Source of the DNA: Flavobacteriales bacterium
GTDB lineage: Bacteria > Bacteroidota > Bacteroidia > Flavobacteriales_F > PHOS-HE28
Assembly: GCA_044229215.1 (NCBI GenBank)
Contig: JBGATL010000014.1
Coordinates: 1-43,149, forward strand
DNA: 43,149 nt
Direction: 5' to 3'
Every line of letters starts with the position of its first letter. Within the stretch, counting starts at the first letter, position 1. This document shows positions 28,763 through 37,298 of this stretch, piece by piece. The position numbers and the translations under genes are program-made. The notes under the pieces are model-generated. The model was not told where the DNA came from, ran no database searches, and was given only the letters and a program-made list of their open reading frames with translations.

Positions 28763-31102
28763 CTACTTCGTGTAGTATCCGTATCCTTCCCCGTTCCGGC
28801 TTCGCACATCGTTGAGCACAAGGCCGACGTTGCCCGCCTTCTTCTCATCGACCATCTCATTGATCATCCGGAGCGCACTACGGCCCGTCCTTCCCTCCCG
28901 CACCACATAAAGGGTGACATCGACGAGACGCATGAGCATGACGTATTCGCTCACCAGGCCCAATGGCGAAGCATCGATGATGATCTGGTCGTATTTGTTC
29001 CGGACCATGGAGATGAGTTCCGCCATTCGTGGGCTTTCGGCCAGGTCCAAGGGGTTGGGGGGTATGGGCCCTGCCGTGATCACGTCAAGGCCAGGCACAT
29101 CCGAGCGCACGATGAGCGACGAGATCTGCGCCTCCCCGATCAACCAGGTGGAGAGTCCAGGGCCCTCCGGGAGTTCGAGCATGCGTGCCACATTGGGACG
29201 ACGCATATCGGCATCGATCAGCAGGGTGGTCTTACCCGCCTGCGCCATGACCGTGGCCAAATTCACCGCGCAATAGGTCTTCCCCTCGCCGCTGGACGAT
29301 GAGGTGAAGCCGATCACCTGCCGGGCCGAACCTGCGCTGAGGTAGTGCAGGTTCACCCTGGTCGTCCGGAATGATTCCGCCAACAGCGACTTGGGTTCAT
29401 CGGCCAAGACCCGCTTTCGCTTGCTCGAAGGGATCACCCCCAACACGGGCAATCGGCTCAGCCGCCGTAGTTCACCCAGGTCATCGATCCGATCGCGCAC
29501 CAGGTCGCGCAGCAGGATGAATCCCATGGGCAACAGCAGCCCGATCGCCAGGGCCAGGCCGAGCATCTTGTTCCTGCTCGGCGAAACATGCTTGAAACCG
29601 AGCATCCGTGCGTTATCGACGATGGATTTATCCACCTGGTCACTGGCGATGGCGATGCCGGCCTCGGCCCGCTTCTCCATCAAGTAGTTGTACAGGTTGT
29701 CACTCAGCTTGAACTTACGCTCGATGTTAACCAGCTGGCGTTCGTTCTCTGGCAACTGATTGTATTGGAAGTTGGTGCGGCCCAGACGTCGGTTCACCTC
29801 ATCCAGGCTGATGTCCGCCTGTTCCACGAGGCTCTCCGCGGTCTGCGCGAGAGAACCCTTGAGGTTGTTGAGCTTGCGCTCCATGGCGATCACCGTGGGG
29901 TTGTTGCGCGGGCCGGTGCTCAGGTTGAGGGCCGCCAGGTCGGCGGAGAGCTTCGTGATCTCGATCACCAGGTTGTTCAACACCGGATCATCGATCCCGG
30001 AACTCGATGGCGCCGGCACGTTCCGCAGGTCCTTCGAGGTGCGGATCTTGTCCAGCACCGATGCACAATAGTTCCTGCGCCGCAGGATCGTGGACCGTTC
30101 ATCCTCCAACCGGCTGCGCTCCTGGAACAGGGCGTCCTGGGTATTGGCCGTACTGATCATACCGCCGCTCACCCCACGGAACTGTTCCATGCTGCTCTCC
30201 ACCTTCTGCAACGAATCGGACACCGTACCGATCTGTTTGTCGATGAAGTCGATGGTCTTCCTCCCCTTTTGCTGTTGTTTGTCCAGCTCATAGTCGATGT
30301 AGGTATCCATCAACTTGTTCAGGAAAGCCTGACCTTTTTCCACCACTTCCACCTGGATCGAGAGGTTCACCACGTTGCTCTCATCGCTCAAAGGCACAGC
30401 CATGGTCATCGCACGGTAGATCCGCACCAGGTCGCGCAGGCTGCTCAGCTCGAAGTGGTATTTCGTGTTCTTATCGTAGGTGCGATCCTCGGGGAACTTG
30501 ATCCGGAAGCTGAGACGATCGCCCACGAACATCGAATCCATCGGCACCACCTGGTCCACCTTGTAGTCGGCGATCAGTTCCGGCAGCACCTCCTGCGTCT
30601 TCACGTTGTACAGGCGCACGTTCTTCCCTTCGGCCTTCACCCGGTATGTGCGTGCGGCCGCATCCACCTCGATCTCTATCGGTACGTCGATGACCTGGAT
30701 GGCCATGCTATCCAGCTTCACGAAGAAGGGCGGGTACACATACTGCTCCTTCTTCAGGAAGAATTTCGTGGTGTAGTAGGTGATCCCGAAATCCAGCCGT
30801 TGCAACGTGCTGGTCAGGATCCTGTTCGAGGTGAGCACGGCGAGGTTGTCCTCCAGGTCCACACTGTTGCGCAGGTACGATGTGCCCTTGATGAACTCGG
30901 AGTCCTCGCTGAAACCCGTGCGCTTCTTGTTGCCCAGCAACATCACCGCCCCCACGTCGTACTTCTTGGGGGTGGTCTTCACATAGGCCACCGCCACGGC
31001 GACCGAGAGCGGCACGGTGATCAGGAACCACCACCATTTCGCCCGGATCTTCCGGGCCACGGTCCGCAGGTCGATGGTGTCCGCCGAAGGTCTCACGCTC
31101 AT
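28763..31102 (-). CDS. wzc: Polysaccharide co-polymerase / BY tyrosine kinase
   Basis: Two TMs around a coiled-coil, ESFR, GEGKT, IDADMRR, IIDA and a C-terminal Tyr cluster GYGYYTK. Confidence 0.93.
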   Translation of the reverse strand: MSVRPSADTIDLRTVARKIRAKWWWFLITVPLSVAVAVAYVKTTPKKYDVGAVMLLGNKKRTGFSEDSEFIKGTSYLRNSVDLEDNLAVLTSNRILTSTLQRLDFGITYYTTKFFLKKEQYVYPPFFVKLDSMAIQVIDVPIEIEVDAAARTYRVKAEGKNVRLYNVKTQEVLPELIADYKVDQVVPMDSMFVGDRLSFRIKFPEDRTYDKNTKYHFELSSLRDLVRIYRAMTMAVPLSDESNVVNLSIQVEVVEKGQAFLNKLMDTYIDYELDKQQQKGRKTIDFIDKQIGTVSDSLQKVESSMEQFRGVSGGMISTANTQDALFQERSRLEDERSTILRRRNYCASVLDKIRTSKDLRNVPAPSSSGIDDPVLNNLVIEITKLSADLAALNLSTGPRNNPTVIAMERKLNNLKGSLAQTAESLVEQADISLDEVNRRLGRTNFQYNQLPENERQLVNIERKFKLSDNLYNYLMEKRAEAGIAIASDQVDKSIVDNARMLGFKHVSPSRNKMLGLALAIGLLLPMGFILLRDLVRDRIDDLGELRRLSRLPVLGVIPSSKRKRVLADEPKSLLAESFRTTRVNLHYLSAGSARQVIGFTSSSSGEGKTYCAVNLATVMAQAGKTTLLIDADMRRPNVARMLELPEGPGLSTWLIGEAQISSLIVRSDVPGLDVITAGPIPPNPLDLAESPRMAELISMVRNKYDQIIIDASPLGLVSEYVMLMRLVDVTLYVVREGRTGRSALRMINEMVDEKKAGNVGLVLNDVRSRNGEGYGYYTK

Positions 31103-31884
31103 TTCTGTGCGTTGTTGATGGCCGTGTAGAGCAGGGCTGCGGCCGTGGTGGCCCCCACGAGCACGGTGACCAGTTCAAGGTTCAACCGTCCTGGTCGGGC
31201 ACGCAGGGCCGGGACATAGACCACATCGTTCGGCAGCAGGTAGTAGTACTCGGAGCTGAGCACCTGCGTGTTGGAGAGGTCCACATATAGGGCCTGAACC
31301 CCGCGTTCGCTCTGGCGCATCAGGGTAACATGCGACTTGTCCGCGAACTCGTTGGGACCACCGGCCATGGCCAGCGCATCAAGGATGGTTATCTGGTTGT
31401 TGTACACCTGGTACGAACCCGCACGACCCACCTCGCCCAGCACGCTCAAGCGCCAGTTCACCATCTTGAGGATGACCGTCGCATTGGTGAAGAACTCATT
31501 GATCTTGCGCTGCACCAGCTCCTGTGCCTCCCCGATCGTGAGGCCCTGCACCTTGATCTTCCCAACGGTGGGCAACTGCACCTGGCCGTTCTTGTCCACC
31601 GAATAGCCGTTCACATACATGGCCGCATCGGTGACCATGCTCCCATTGGCCTGGCTCTCCACGTTGAAGAACTTGCTTGTCGCATCGTCCAGGCCCATGA
31701 CCCGGATGGAGAGTACATCGTTCACCTGTAGCCGGTACTCGAATTTGCGGTTCTCGAAAAGCTTGCTCGACCCATTGCTCAAGGAGGGGTCGTTCAGGTA
31801 GTTGATGCTCTTGCTCCCGATGCAACCGCTCAATGCGATCGACATCACTCCAATGACCAGGACCCCGGTGTTCCGAATGTACAT
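31099..31884 (-). CDS. wza: Polysaccharide export lipoprotein
   Basis: Lipobox LSGC, Poly_export motif (YRLQVNDVLSI...G.V.LP.VG), SLBB domain, L.PNDVVYV; TATATTTG box at 31979-31986. Confidence 0.92.
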   Translation of the reverse strand: MYIRNTGVLVIGVMSIALSGCIGSKSINYLNDPSLSNGSSKLFENRKFEYRLQVNDVLSIRVMGLDDATSKFFNVESQANGSMVTDAAMYVNGYSVDKNGQVQLPTVGKIKVQGLTIGEAQELVQRKINEFFTNATVILKMVNWRLSVLGEVGRAGSYQVYNNQITILDALAMAGGPNEFADKSHVTLMRQSERGVQALYVDLSNTQVLSSEYYYLLPNDVVYVPALRARPGRLNLELVTVLVGATTAAALLYTAINNAQK

Positions 31885-32247
31885 GCGCGATAGGATTTGA
31901 TACCCGCACAACCGTTGCACCCCCGACCGAACTTGCGAGGGACCACTGCTGCAACCGCCTTGGCTGCGAAGGCACGGCCAAATATAGGTGGGCAAGCACG
32001 GCTTCATCCAGTCCTTTTAGAACGCAGGATCGTTCGCAAGTCACTTCCTGCGGGCACATGACCCGGCAAGGGCGCATTCCAGACCGGATGCAAGAACGCT
32101 GGACGGCACCCCATTCCACGCGTTGACCGCCGAGGTGCTCCATACTTCTTCACCATTGAGCCACTGAGGGCGTGGCGCAAGTTCCGTTCCTGCGGAATGC
32201 ATCGAGCAGCCACCTACGGTGGTTCGGGGTGCGGTGGTGGGCCGAAT

Positions 32248-32275
32248 GAAAGAACCCCAGGCAATTGCCCAGGGT
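32248..32275 (-). terminator. Probable native tRNA-Glu terminator, displaced by the island
   Basis: Minus strand accctgggc-aatt-gcctggggt-tctttc, 9 bp beyond the displaced tRNA 3' fragment. Confidence 0.65.
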
Positions 32276-32284
32276 CCAAGTAAG

Positions 32285-32300
32285 TGTAGCCCGTAGGGGA
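32285..32300. repeat. att core (displaced tRNA-Glu 3' fragment)
   Basis: tgtagcccgtagggga, identical to 38207-38222. Confidence 0.93.
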
Positions 32301-32416
32301 CTAATTCCAGCACATCCGCCTTTTTCCGCTTCAGCCGTCAAACCGCCAATTTCTCCAACAACGGCGGGGCATGTAGAGCGTATGAGAGAAAACGGGTATC
32401 GGAAGGAAGAAAGGAA

Positions 32417-32450
32417 AAAGGGTCAACAAAGGGTCAACAAAAGGGTCAAC
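32417..32450 (+). repeat. Three tandem AAAGGGTCAAC repeats (putative integrase arm-type sites, left)
   Basis: aaagggtcaac-aaagggtcaac-a-aaagggtcaac; the same motif recurs at the right end. Confidence 0.8.
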
Positions 32451-32454
32451 GATC

Positions 32455-32462
32455 TACATTTG
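32455..32462 (+). promoter_or_regulatory. -7 box (TACATTTG) of the integrase gene
   Basis: Consensus match 4 nt downstream of the arm repeats and about 30 nt upstream of the int ATG. Confidence 0.7.
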
Positions 32463-32491
32463 GGCATCCAGTATCGAAACCATGCGACCCG

Positions 32492-33859
32492 ATGGCCAAC
32501 TTTCATTTTTACCTGCGGGACTGGGATAGCCCCGACCAACCCACCGCCGTACACCTGCACATCCGTTGGGCGGGTCAACGCCTTGTGTACTCTACCGGCT
32601 GCAAGGTCATCCCCGGCCATTGGCAGACCGATAAGGAGAAAGTGACCGGCAAGGCACCCACGTGCCCCCATTGCACCCCGCCCCCCAGCGACCGGTTGGA
32701 CGCGGACGGTAAACCCTTCGCAGTTGAGGCCCACCGGGACATCAACGAACGCCTGAAGGTGTTGCAGGCCACCGCCGTGGGCATCTTGGACGCATTCGCA
32801 CGGGAAAAAGGGCGGGCACCTTCGCGCAACGAGCTACGCGATGCCCTCAACAAGGCGGACGGAAAGGCCACCGGGCAGGTGCCCACGGACCTGCTGACCT
32901 TCGCCCGGTCCTACATAGAGAGCGCACAAGGCCAGTTCAACAGCATACGCCTGAAACCCTATCACAAGGCCACCATTAGCCGGTACAAAGTGGCGTTGGA
33001 ACTGTTGAGGGCATACGCGGCCAAACGGTCCCGGCGGAAAACAGCCCCGCCCGTGGCCTTCGCCGAAGTGGATGCCGACTTTGTGGCCGGGTTCACCGCC
33101 TACCTGACCGCCCACGGCTACGCGGCCAATTCGGTGGTGAAGTACGGCAAGACCCTGCGGGAATTTCTCAAACGTGCCAAGGAACACAAGGAGCTGGGCA
33201 AGGAGGTGAATCCCGAAGTGTTCCAGCGCCACCTGACCTTGAAGGAGGAACCCAGCGAGCAAGTGTATTTGAACGCCGACGAACTGGCAGCCTTCTACTG
33301 GCTGGACCTTTCCGCACACCCGCGCCTTGAACGCGCCCGTGACCTGTTCATGGTGGGCGCATATACCGGCCTACGTTTCGGGGATCTTTCTCGCATCCAG
33401 CCGGAACACATCGAAGGGGACCGCCTGCGGATCCACACATCCAAGACCGGCAAGGATGTAACAATACCACTATCCCCGGTCATCCCTGCGATCATGGCCA
33501 AATACGGCGGGCGCATCCCTTCGGGCATATCGAACCAAAAACAGAACGACTACCTGAAAGAGGCCGCTGCCATGGTGCCGGAACTGCAAGTGAAAACCAT
33601 GCAGGGGCGTACCAAAGGGGGCATTCGGCGCGAAGTGGCACGGGCCAAGTGGGAGCGCATTACCACGCACACCGCCCGCCGCTCCTTCGCATCCAACATC
33701 TACCGCGAAGGCCGCACCCCCACCCGTACCATCATGGCCGTAACGGGGCACCAAACGGAGCAGGCGTTCATGCGTTACATCCGCCTCACGAACGAGGAAC
33801 ACGCGGACATCATGGCCAAGTCCAGCCTGTTCACCATGCCGGTATTGAAGGCGGTTTGA
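32492..33859 (+). CDS. Tyrosine integrase (Bacteroidetes arm-binding + SAM-like + catalytic domains)
   Basis: N-terminal YSTG.KV.P..W; catalytic R (TGLRFGD), K (SKTG), HTARR, TGH and Y (MRYI) are all present. Confidence 0.95.
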   Translation: MANFHFYLRDWDSPDQPTAVHLHIRWAGQRLVYSTGCKVIPGHWQTDKEKVTGKAPTCPHCTPPPSDRLDADGKPFAVEAHRDINERLKVLQATAVGILDAFAREKGRAPSRNELRDALNKADGKATGQVPTDLLTFARSYIESAQGQFNSIRLKPYHKATISRYKVALELLRAYAAKRSRRKTAPPVAFAEVDADFVAGFTAYLTAHGYAANSVVKYGKTLREFLKRAKEHKELGKEVNPEVFQRHLTLKEEPSEQVYLNADELAAFYWLDLSAHPRLERARDLFMVGAYTGLRFGDLSRIQPEHIEGDRLRIHTSKTGKDVTIPLSPVIPAIMAKYGGRIPSGISNQKQNDYLKEAAAMVPELQVKTMQGRTKGGIRREVARAKWERITTHTARRSFASNIYREGRTPTRTIMAVTGHQTEQAFMRYIRLTNEEHADIMAKSSLFTMPVLKAV

Positions 33860-33862
33860 GCG

Positions 33863-35149
33863 ATGGCGAAGAGAGCAGCGAAAAGAGCGGGTGAAGGGAT
33901 CCCGCCCATATACCTTCGGTACTACTACTATAACGACCCCAACGAGCCGTTGCCACCCCGTGGTTCGCTGACCCAAGGCCGCACCTTGCAAGATGCGTTC
34001 AACGAGCTGGCCAAGGAAGGTAAGGCGATATTGCACCGACTGTTCCGCCAGGGGGCCAGTGAGCAGTTGCGCGGCAAAACCGCACGGCATCTTGTGGTGG
34101 CGAAGAAGTGGGCCGGGTTCCTTGAAGAGCAGGACGGGGCCACGGTGGGCAGGCCCAAGGACTACGGTGCAACGCTGGACCGCACCCGCCGCACGTGGAT
34201 GAAGTACACCGTGCGCATCGGCACGGAGGAAGAGGCCGCGCATGAGCATGAGCGCAACGGATACCGCCCCACCGTGGAACGTCTGCTGGTGAACACGGCC
34301 AAATGGTACGCCACCAATTGCGAAAGGGAGGGCATGGAGCACAACCCCACGCCCGCGAACTTACAGCGGTTCCGGTCGGAGCAGTTCCTGTTGCCCGACC
34401 TGTCGGAGCAGGAGCTGGTGGAACACTACCAGGCGCACCCGCTACCGGCGTGGTATGCCATGGGTGTAGCTACCGACGCGGTGGAGGTCACGGGACCGGA
34501 TGCACCCGTCACCCCGCCGCTGGAATACATCCGACCCACGTGGAAGGACATGCGGGAGCGCATCCCACGCGATCAATTGTTCGATGGATGGCTGAAAGAG
34601 TATACTGCCGAGGTGGAGTTTGCCGCTGACCCGTTCGCGAACGATCCCGAGCTACCCGATACGTTCCGGTGGTTGGTGGAGGAACTGCGGAAGTTCAGGC
34701 CCGCCACATACGAAGCGAATGGGCTTCGCCAGGAGTTGGAGGGCATGGCCGATGGCGCGGCCTTCCTTTCAGCGATGGACCGGGAGCGGGAACGCCTTGT
34801 GCGGAAACTTGAAGACATTGCCCCATTGACTTCAACGGACGGCACCACCGCAACGCAAGGCACTACGAAACAACCCGTGGCACCGATCCAATGGAAAGGG
34901 AGCGTTCAGCAACTTGCGTGGCTGCTGCGGGAACTGGCCGAAAAGGGGTGGGTCGGGTACCCCGCCCAAAAGGGCAACACAACGAAGTGGAAGGCCGGGG
35001 ACATCAACGCATCCGCATTTGCACGGACCATGGCCCCCCACTTCAGGGACGTAAACCAAACAACTCTTGTCCAGCAACTGAAACCGGAAGGCGGCACGGT
35101 TCCGGCTGCGGACGTTGAAGGCTGGCAAATACCGAAACGCCCCGAATAG
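33863..35149 (+). CDS. Hypothetical protein, 428 aa, with a possible RteC-like C-terminal domain
   Basis: Starts 3 nt after int. The C-terminal IQWKGSVQQLAWLLRELAEKGWV resembles the W.G....L.EL...L segment of RteC-type regulators (weak, by eye). Confidence 0.7.
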   Translation: MAKRAAKRAGEGIPPIYLRYYYYNDPNEPLPPRGSLTQGRTLQDAFNELAKEGKAILHRLFRQGASEQLRGKTARHLVVAKKWAGFLEEQDGATVGRPKDYGATLDRTRRTWMKYTVRIGTEEEAAHEHERNGYRPTVERLLVNTAKWYATNCEREGMEHNPTPANLQRFRSEQFLLPDLSEQELVEHYQAHPLPAWYAMGVATDAVEVTGPDAPVTPPLEYIRPTWKDMRERIPRDQLFDGWLKEYTAEVEFAADPFANDPELPDTFRWLVEELRKFRPATYEANGLRQELEGMADGAAFLSAMDRERERLVRKLEDIAPLTSTDGTTATQGTTKQPVAPIQWKGSVQQLAWLLRELAEKGWVGYPAQKGNTTKWKAGDINASAFARTMAPHFRDVNQTTLVQQLKPEGGTVPAADVEGWQIPKRPE

Positions 35150-35158
35150 CGCGGGTTT

Positions 35159-35176
35159 CCCAAGTACGTACTTGGG
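35159..35176. promoter_or_regulatory. Perfect 18-bp palindrome, putative operator upstream of the excisionase operon
   Basis: cccaagtacgtacttggg is its own reverse complement and lies in the intergenic gap before xis. Confidence 0.6.
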
Positions 35177-35243
35177 TGGTATTTCGGACGGGGCACTTAT
35201 TGGATGCTTTTGCGGCACCGCTGAACAATTGGCGGCACCGCAA

Positions 35244-35534
35244 ATGGAAAACGTAGTCCTTAGTCCGATCCCGCTGCCCGACTTGGTGGGCGAGATCACC
35301 CGCGCCGTGCGCTCCGAACTGGATGCACGGGGAACCACCGCAACACCTGCGGAGGAACTTCTATCACGCCAACAAACCGCCGAACTGCTGGGCGTGACGC
35401 TGCCCACGCTGGCCAGTTACATGCGCCGGGGGCTGGTGCAAGGGTACCGCATTGGTGCGCGGGTCCGGTTCAAGAAGAACGAGGTGCTGGAAGGGTTGCA
35501 ACGCATCCGCACCGCAAAACAGGCCCGGCAATGA
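35244..35534 (+). CDS. HTH_17/MerR-like excisionase-family DNA-binding protein
   Basis: LLSRQQTAELLGVTLPTLASYMRRGLVQGYRIGARVRFKKNEV. Confidence 0.9.
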   Translation: MENVVLSPIPLPDLVGEITRAVRSELDARGTTATPAEELLSRQQTAELLGVTLPTLASYMRRGLVQGYRIGARVRFKKNEVLEGLQRIRTAKQARQ

Positions 35535-35983
35535 GCTATCCAGTATCCCCATCGTTCCGCGTCACCCACTACGCACTGGATTCGGTCACGGGCTGGTACG
35601 TGAAGGAACCGCAACGGATCCCGTTCGGCAAGGCACCGCAACGCCTGAAGGTGGAAGAAACCCAGGATGCGAAGATCCGGGCCAATGGTGCCCGCGAATT
35701 GATCCACGGCCCGCAAGTGAACGGCAAGTGCCCGTTCCTTACCGGGCTGGTGCCCTTGGAGGTGCCGGGCTGGCATGAAGGCAACGCATACGAATACCGC
35801 AAGGGCCAAGGCACCCGCAGCCTTGTACTGTTCCGGTTCACCGATCGCGATGCCGCGTTGACCCTGTTCTACTTCACCGGCTGGTACATGCAGGGCCGTG
35901 AACAGCGGCTGAAATTCGCGCGGGACTTCGCCCGCCATGTAGAGGCCCACGGCGTCCCTGAAAACAGCAACGCGGGCGTGTAG
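35531..35983 (+). CDS. Hypothetical protein, 150 aa
   Basis: ATGA-coupled to xis; beta-rich sequence; no family recognised. Confidence 0.75.
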   Translation: MSYPVSPSFRVTHYALDSVTGWYVKEPQRIPFGKAPQRLKVEETQDAKIRANGARELIHGPQVNGKCPFLTGLVPLEVPGWHEGNAYEYRKGQGTRSLVLFRFTDRDAALTLFYFTGWYMQGREQRLKFARDFARHVEAHGVPENSNAGV

Positions 35984-36023
35984 CCCGCGCTGCCTATCCA
36001 GTATCGCCCACACGGTTTCCCGA

Positions 36024-37298
36024 ATGATCGACGGAACGAAATTAAGGATCCACCCGGACGCGCAACGGCGGATGCGGGAACACGCCTTGCTGGTAGGCTG
36101 TTGGCGGTCCCGTGGCGAAGGGAAGGCCGGGGAGCAACGGCATACGGCCAAGTGGAACGGCTGGACCTTCACCGGCGATGCAACCCGCTGCTGGGAGCTA
36201 CGGGGATCGTTCCACAAGGCCCACCACGGCGGTACCAACTGGCAGGACTTCACGCTATCGCAATTCCGGCAAACCGTGGCCGCGCTATGCGATACCTTCG
36301 GGCTGCACGATGCGGGCCTAACCTTGGCCACGCTGGAAGTTGGGGCGAACATCGTCCCTCCGATCCCCACCTCTGCGGTGCTGCGGTCCATCGTGCTGCA
36401 CAAGAACGCCACGCCGGTGCCCATGCGTGAAGGCCACGGCATCCAGATCGTTCATGCAGGATACCGGTTCAAGCTCTACGATAAGGCGGCACAGTACCGG
36501 GAACACGTGAACGGCGAACTGTTGCGGTTTGAGCTGAAGGCAAACAAGATGCGCACCCTTGCCGGGTGCAATGTGCGCACCGTAGCGGACCTGCTGGACC
36601 CGGCGGCATGGACCCGGCTACGGGCCTTCCTGCTCGCCAAATTCGATGAACTGTTGATCGTGGAACCCGATATGCCCACCGGTGGACTTCAGCCCGCTCA
36701 ACGCGATCTTGTGGCCAACGCTGCGGTACCGTCCTACTGGCAGGAACTTCACCGGCGGACCCGATCGCGAAGGCGCACCGCATACACCACGCTGGTGCAA
36801 CGCATCCAACCCAACGGCCTGCAACCCACCCTGCGGACATTGATCGCGGCGAAGTTGTCCGAGGTCAACAGGTGGGACGTTTGCTCCAAGGGGACAACCG
36901 CAACCCCGAACCCTGAAAGTGGGACGTTTGCACCAAGGGGACAACACCCGGACAAGGCACCCCGAAAAGGCCAAAGTGGGACATTTGCACCACTTGCGAT
37001 AAGGGGTGCAAACGTCCCACCTACGGTTCCCGTTCCCGGTGAGGTTGCCCACCCTTCGGAGGTGCCTTCGGAGGGGGTGCGTAGGTGCCCGGTCTGCGGT
37101 CGGGACATCACCCATCAAGATCCCCGTTCAAGGGTTTGCAGTGAACGCCTCTACGGGAAGGCTGGGAAGAGGTGCCGGAACACGTTGAGTAACCGAACCC
37201 TGAGCCTTCGACGCATGGACCTGCGGAGCGTCTTGCTATTCGATCAACGGCCTTTCATTCGCCCCCCGCAGCACGGCAACACCGCACCACAGGTATGA
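36024..37298 (+). CDS. Putative rolling-circle replication initiator (Rep_trans / phage gene II-X-like) with a C-terminal Cys cluster
   Basis: MID start, GSFHK...N..DF, LEVGAN, FKLYDKAAQ (putative catalytic Tyr), LRFELK; C-terminal CPVC...VCS...RC. Confidence 0.75.
   Translation: MIDGTKLRIHPDAQRRMREHALLVGCWRSRGEGKAGEQRHTAKWNGWTFTGDATRCWELRGSFHKAHHGGTNWQDFTLSQFRQTVAALCDTFGLHDAGLTLATLEVGANIVPPIPTSAVLRSIVLHKNATPVPMREGHGIQIVHAGYRFKLYDKAAQYREHVNGELLRFELKANKMRTLAGCNVRTVADLLDPAAWTRLRAFLLAKFDELLIVEPDMPTGGLQPAQRDLVANAAVPSYWQELHRRTRSRRRTAYTTLVQRIQPNGLQPTLRTLIAAKLSEVNRWDVCSKGTTATPNPESGTFAPRGQHPDKAPRKGQSGTFAPLAIRGANVPPTVPVPGEVAHPSEVPSEGVRRCPVCGRDITHQDPRSRVCSERLYGKAGKRCRNTLSNRTLSLRRMDLRSVLLFDQRPFIRPPQHGNTAPQV
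36872..37020. repeat. Iteron-like repeats plus hairpin inside rep (candidate replication origin)
   Basis: GTGGGAC(G/A)TTTGC(A/T)CCA direct copies at 36872, 36919 and 36976, and an inverted copy at 37005-37020. Confidence 0.8.

Noticed and set aside
31885-32247. Small ORFs or an ncRNA upstream of wza
   Set aside because: The ORFs lack motifs and no recognisable RNA family was seen; most simply the promoter/leader region of wza.
32417-37020. Short repeats as a CRISPR array
   Set aside because: Repeats are 11-27 bp, few, irregularly spaced or abutting, one is inverted, and there are no cas genes.
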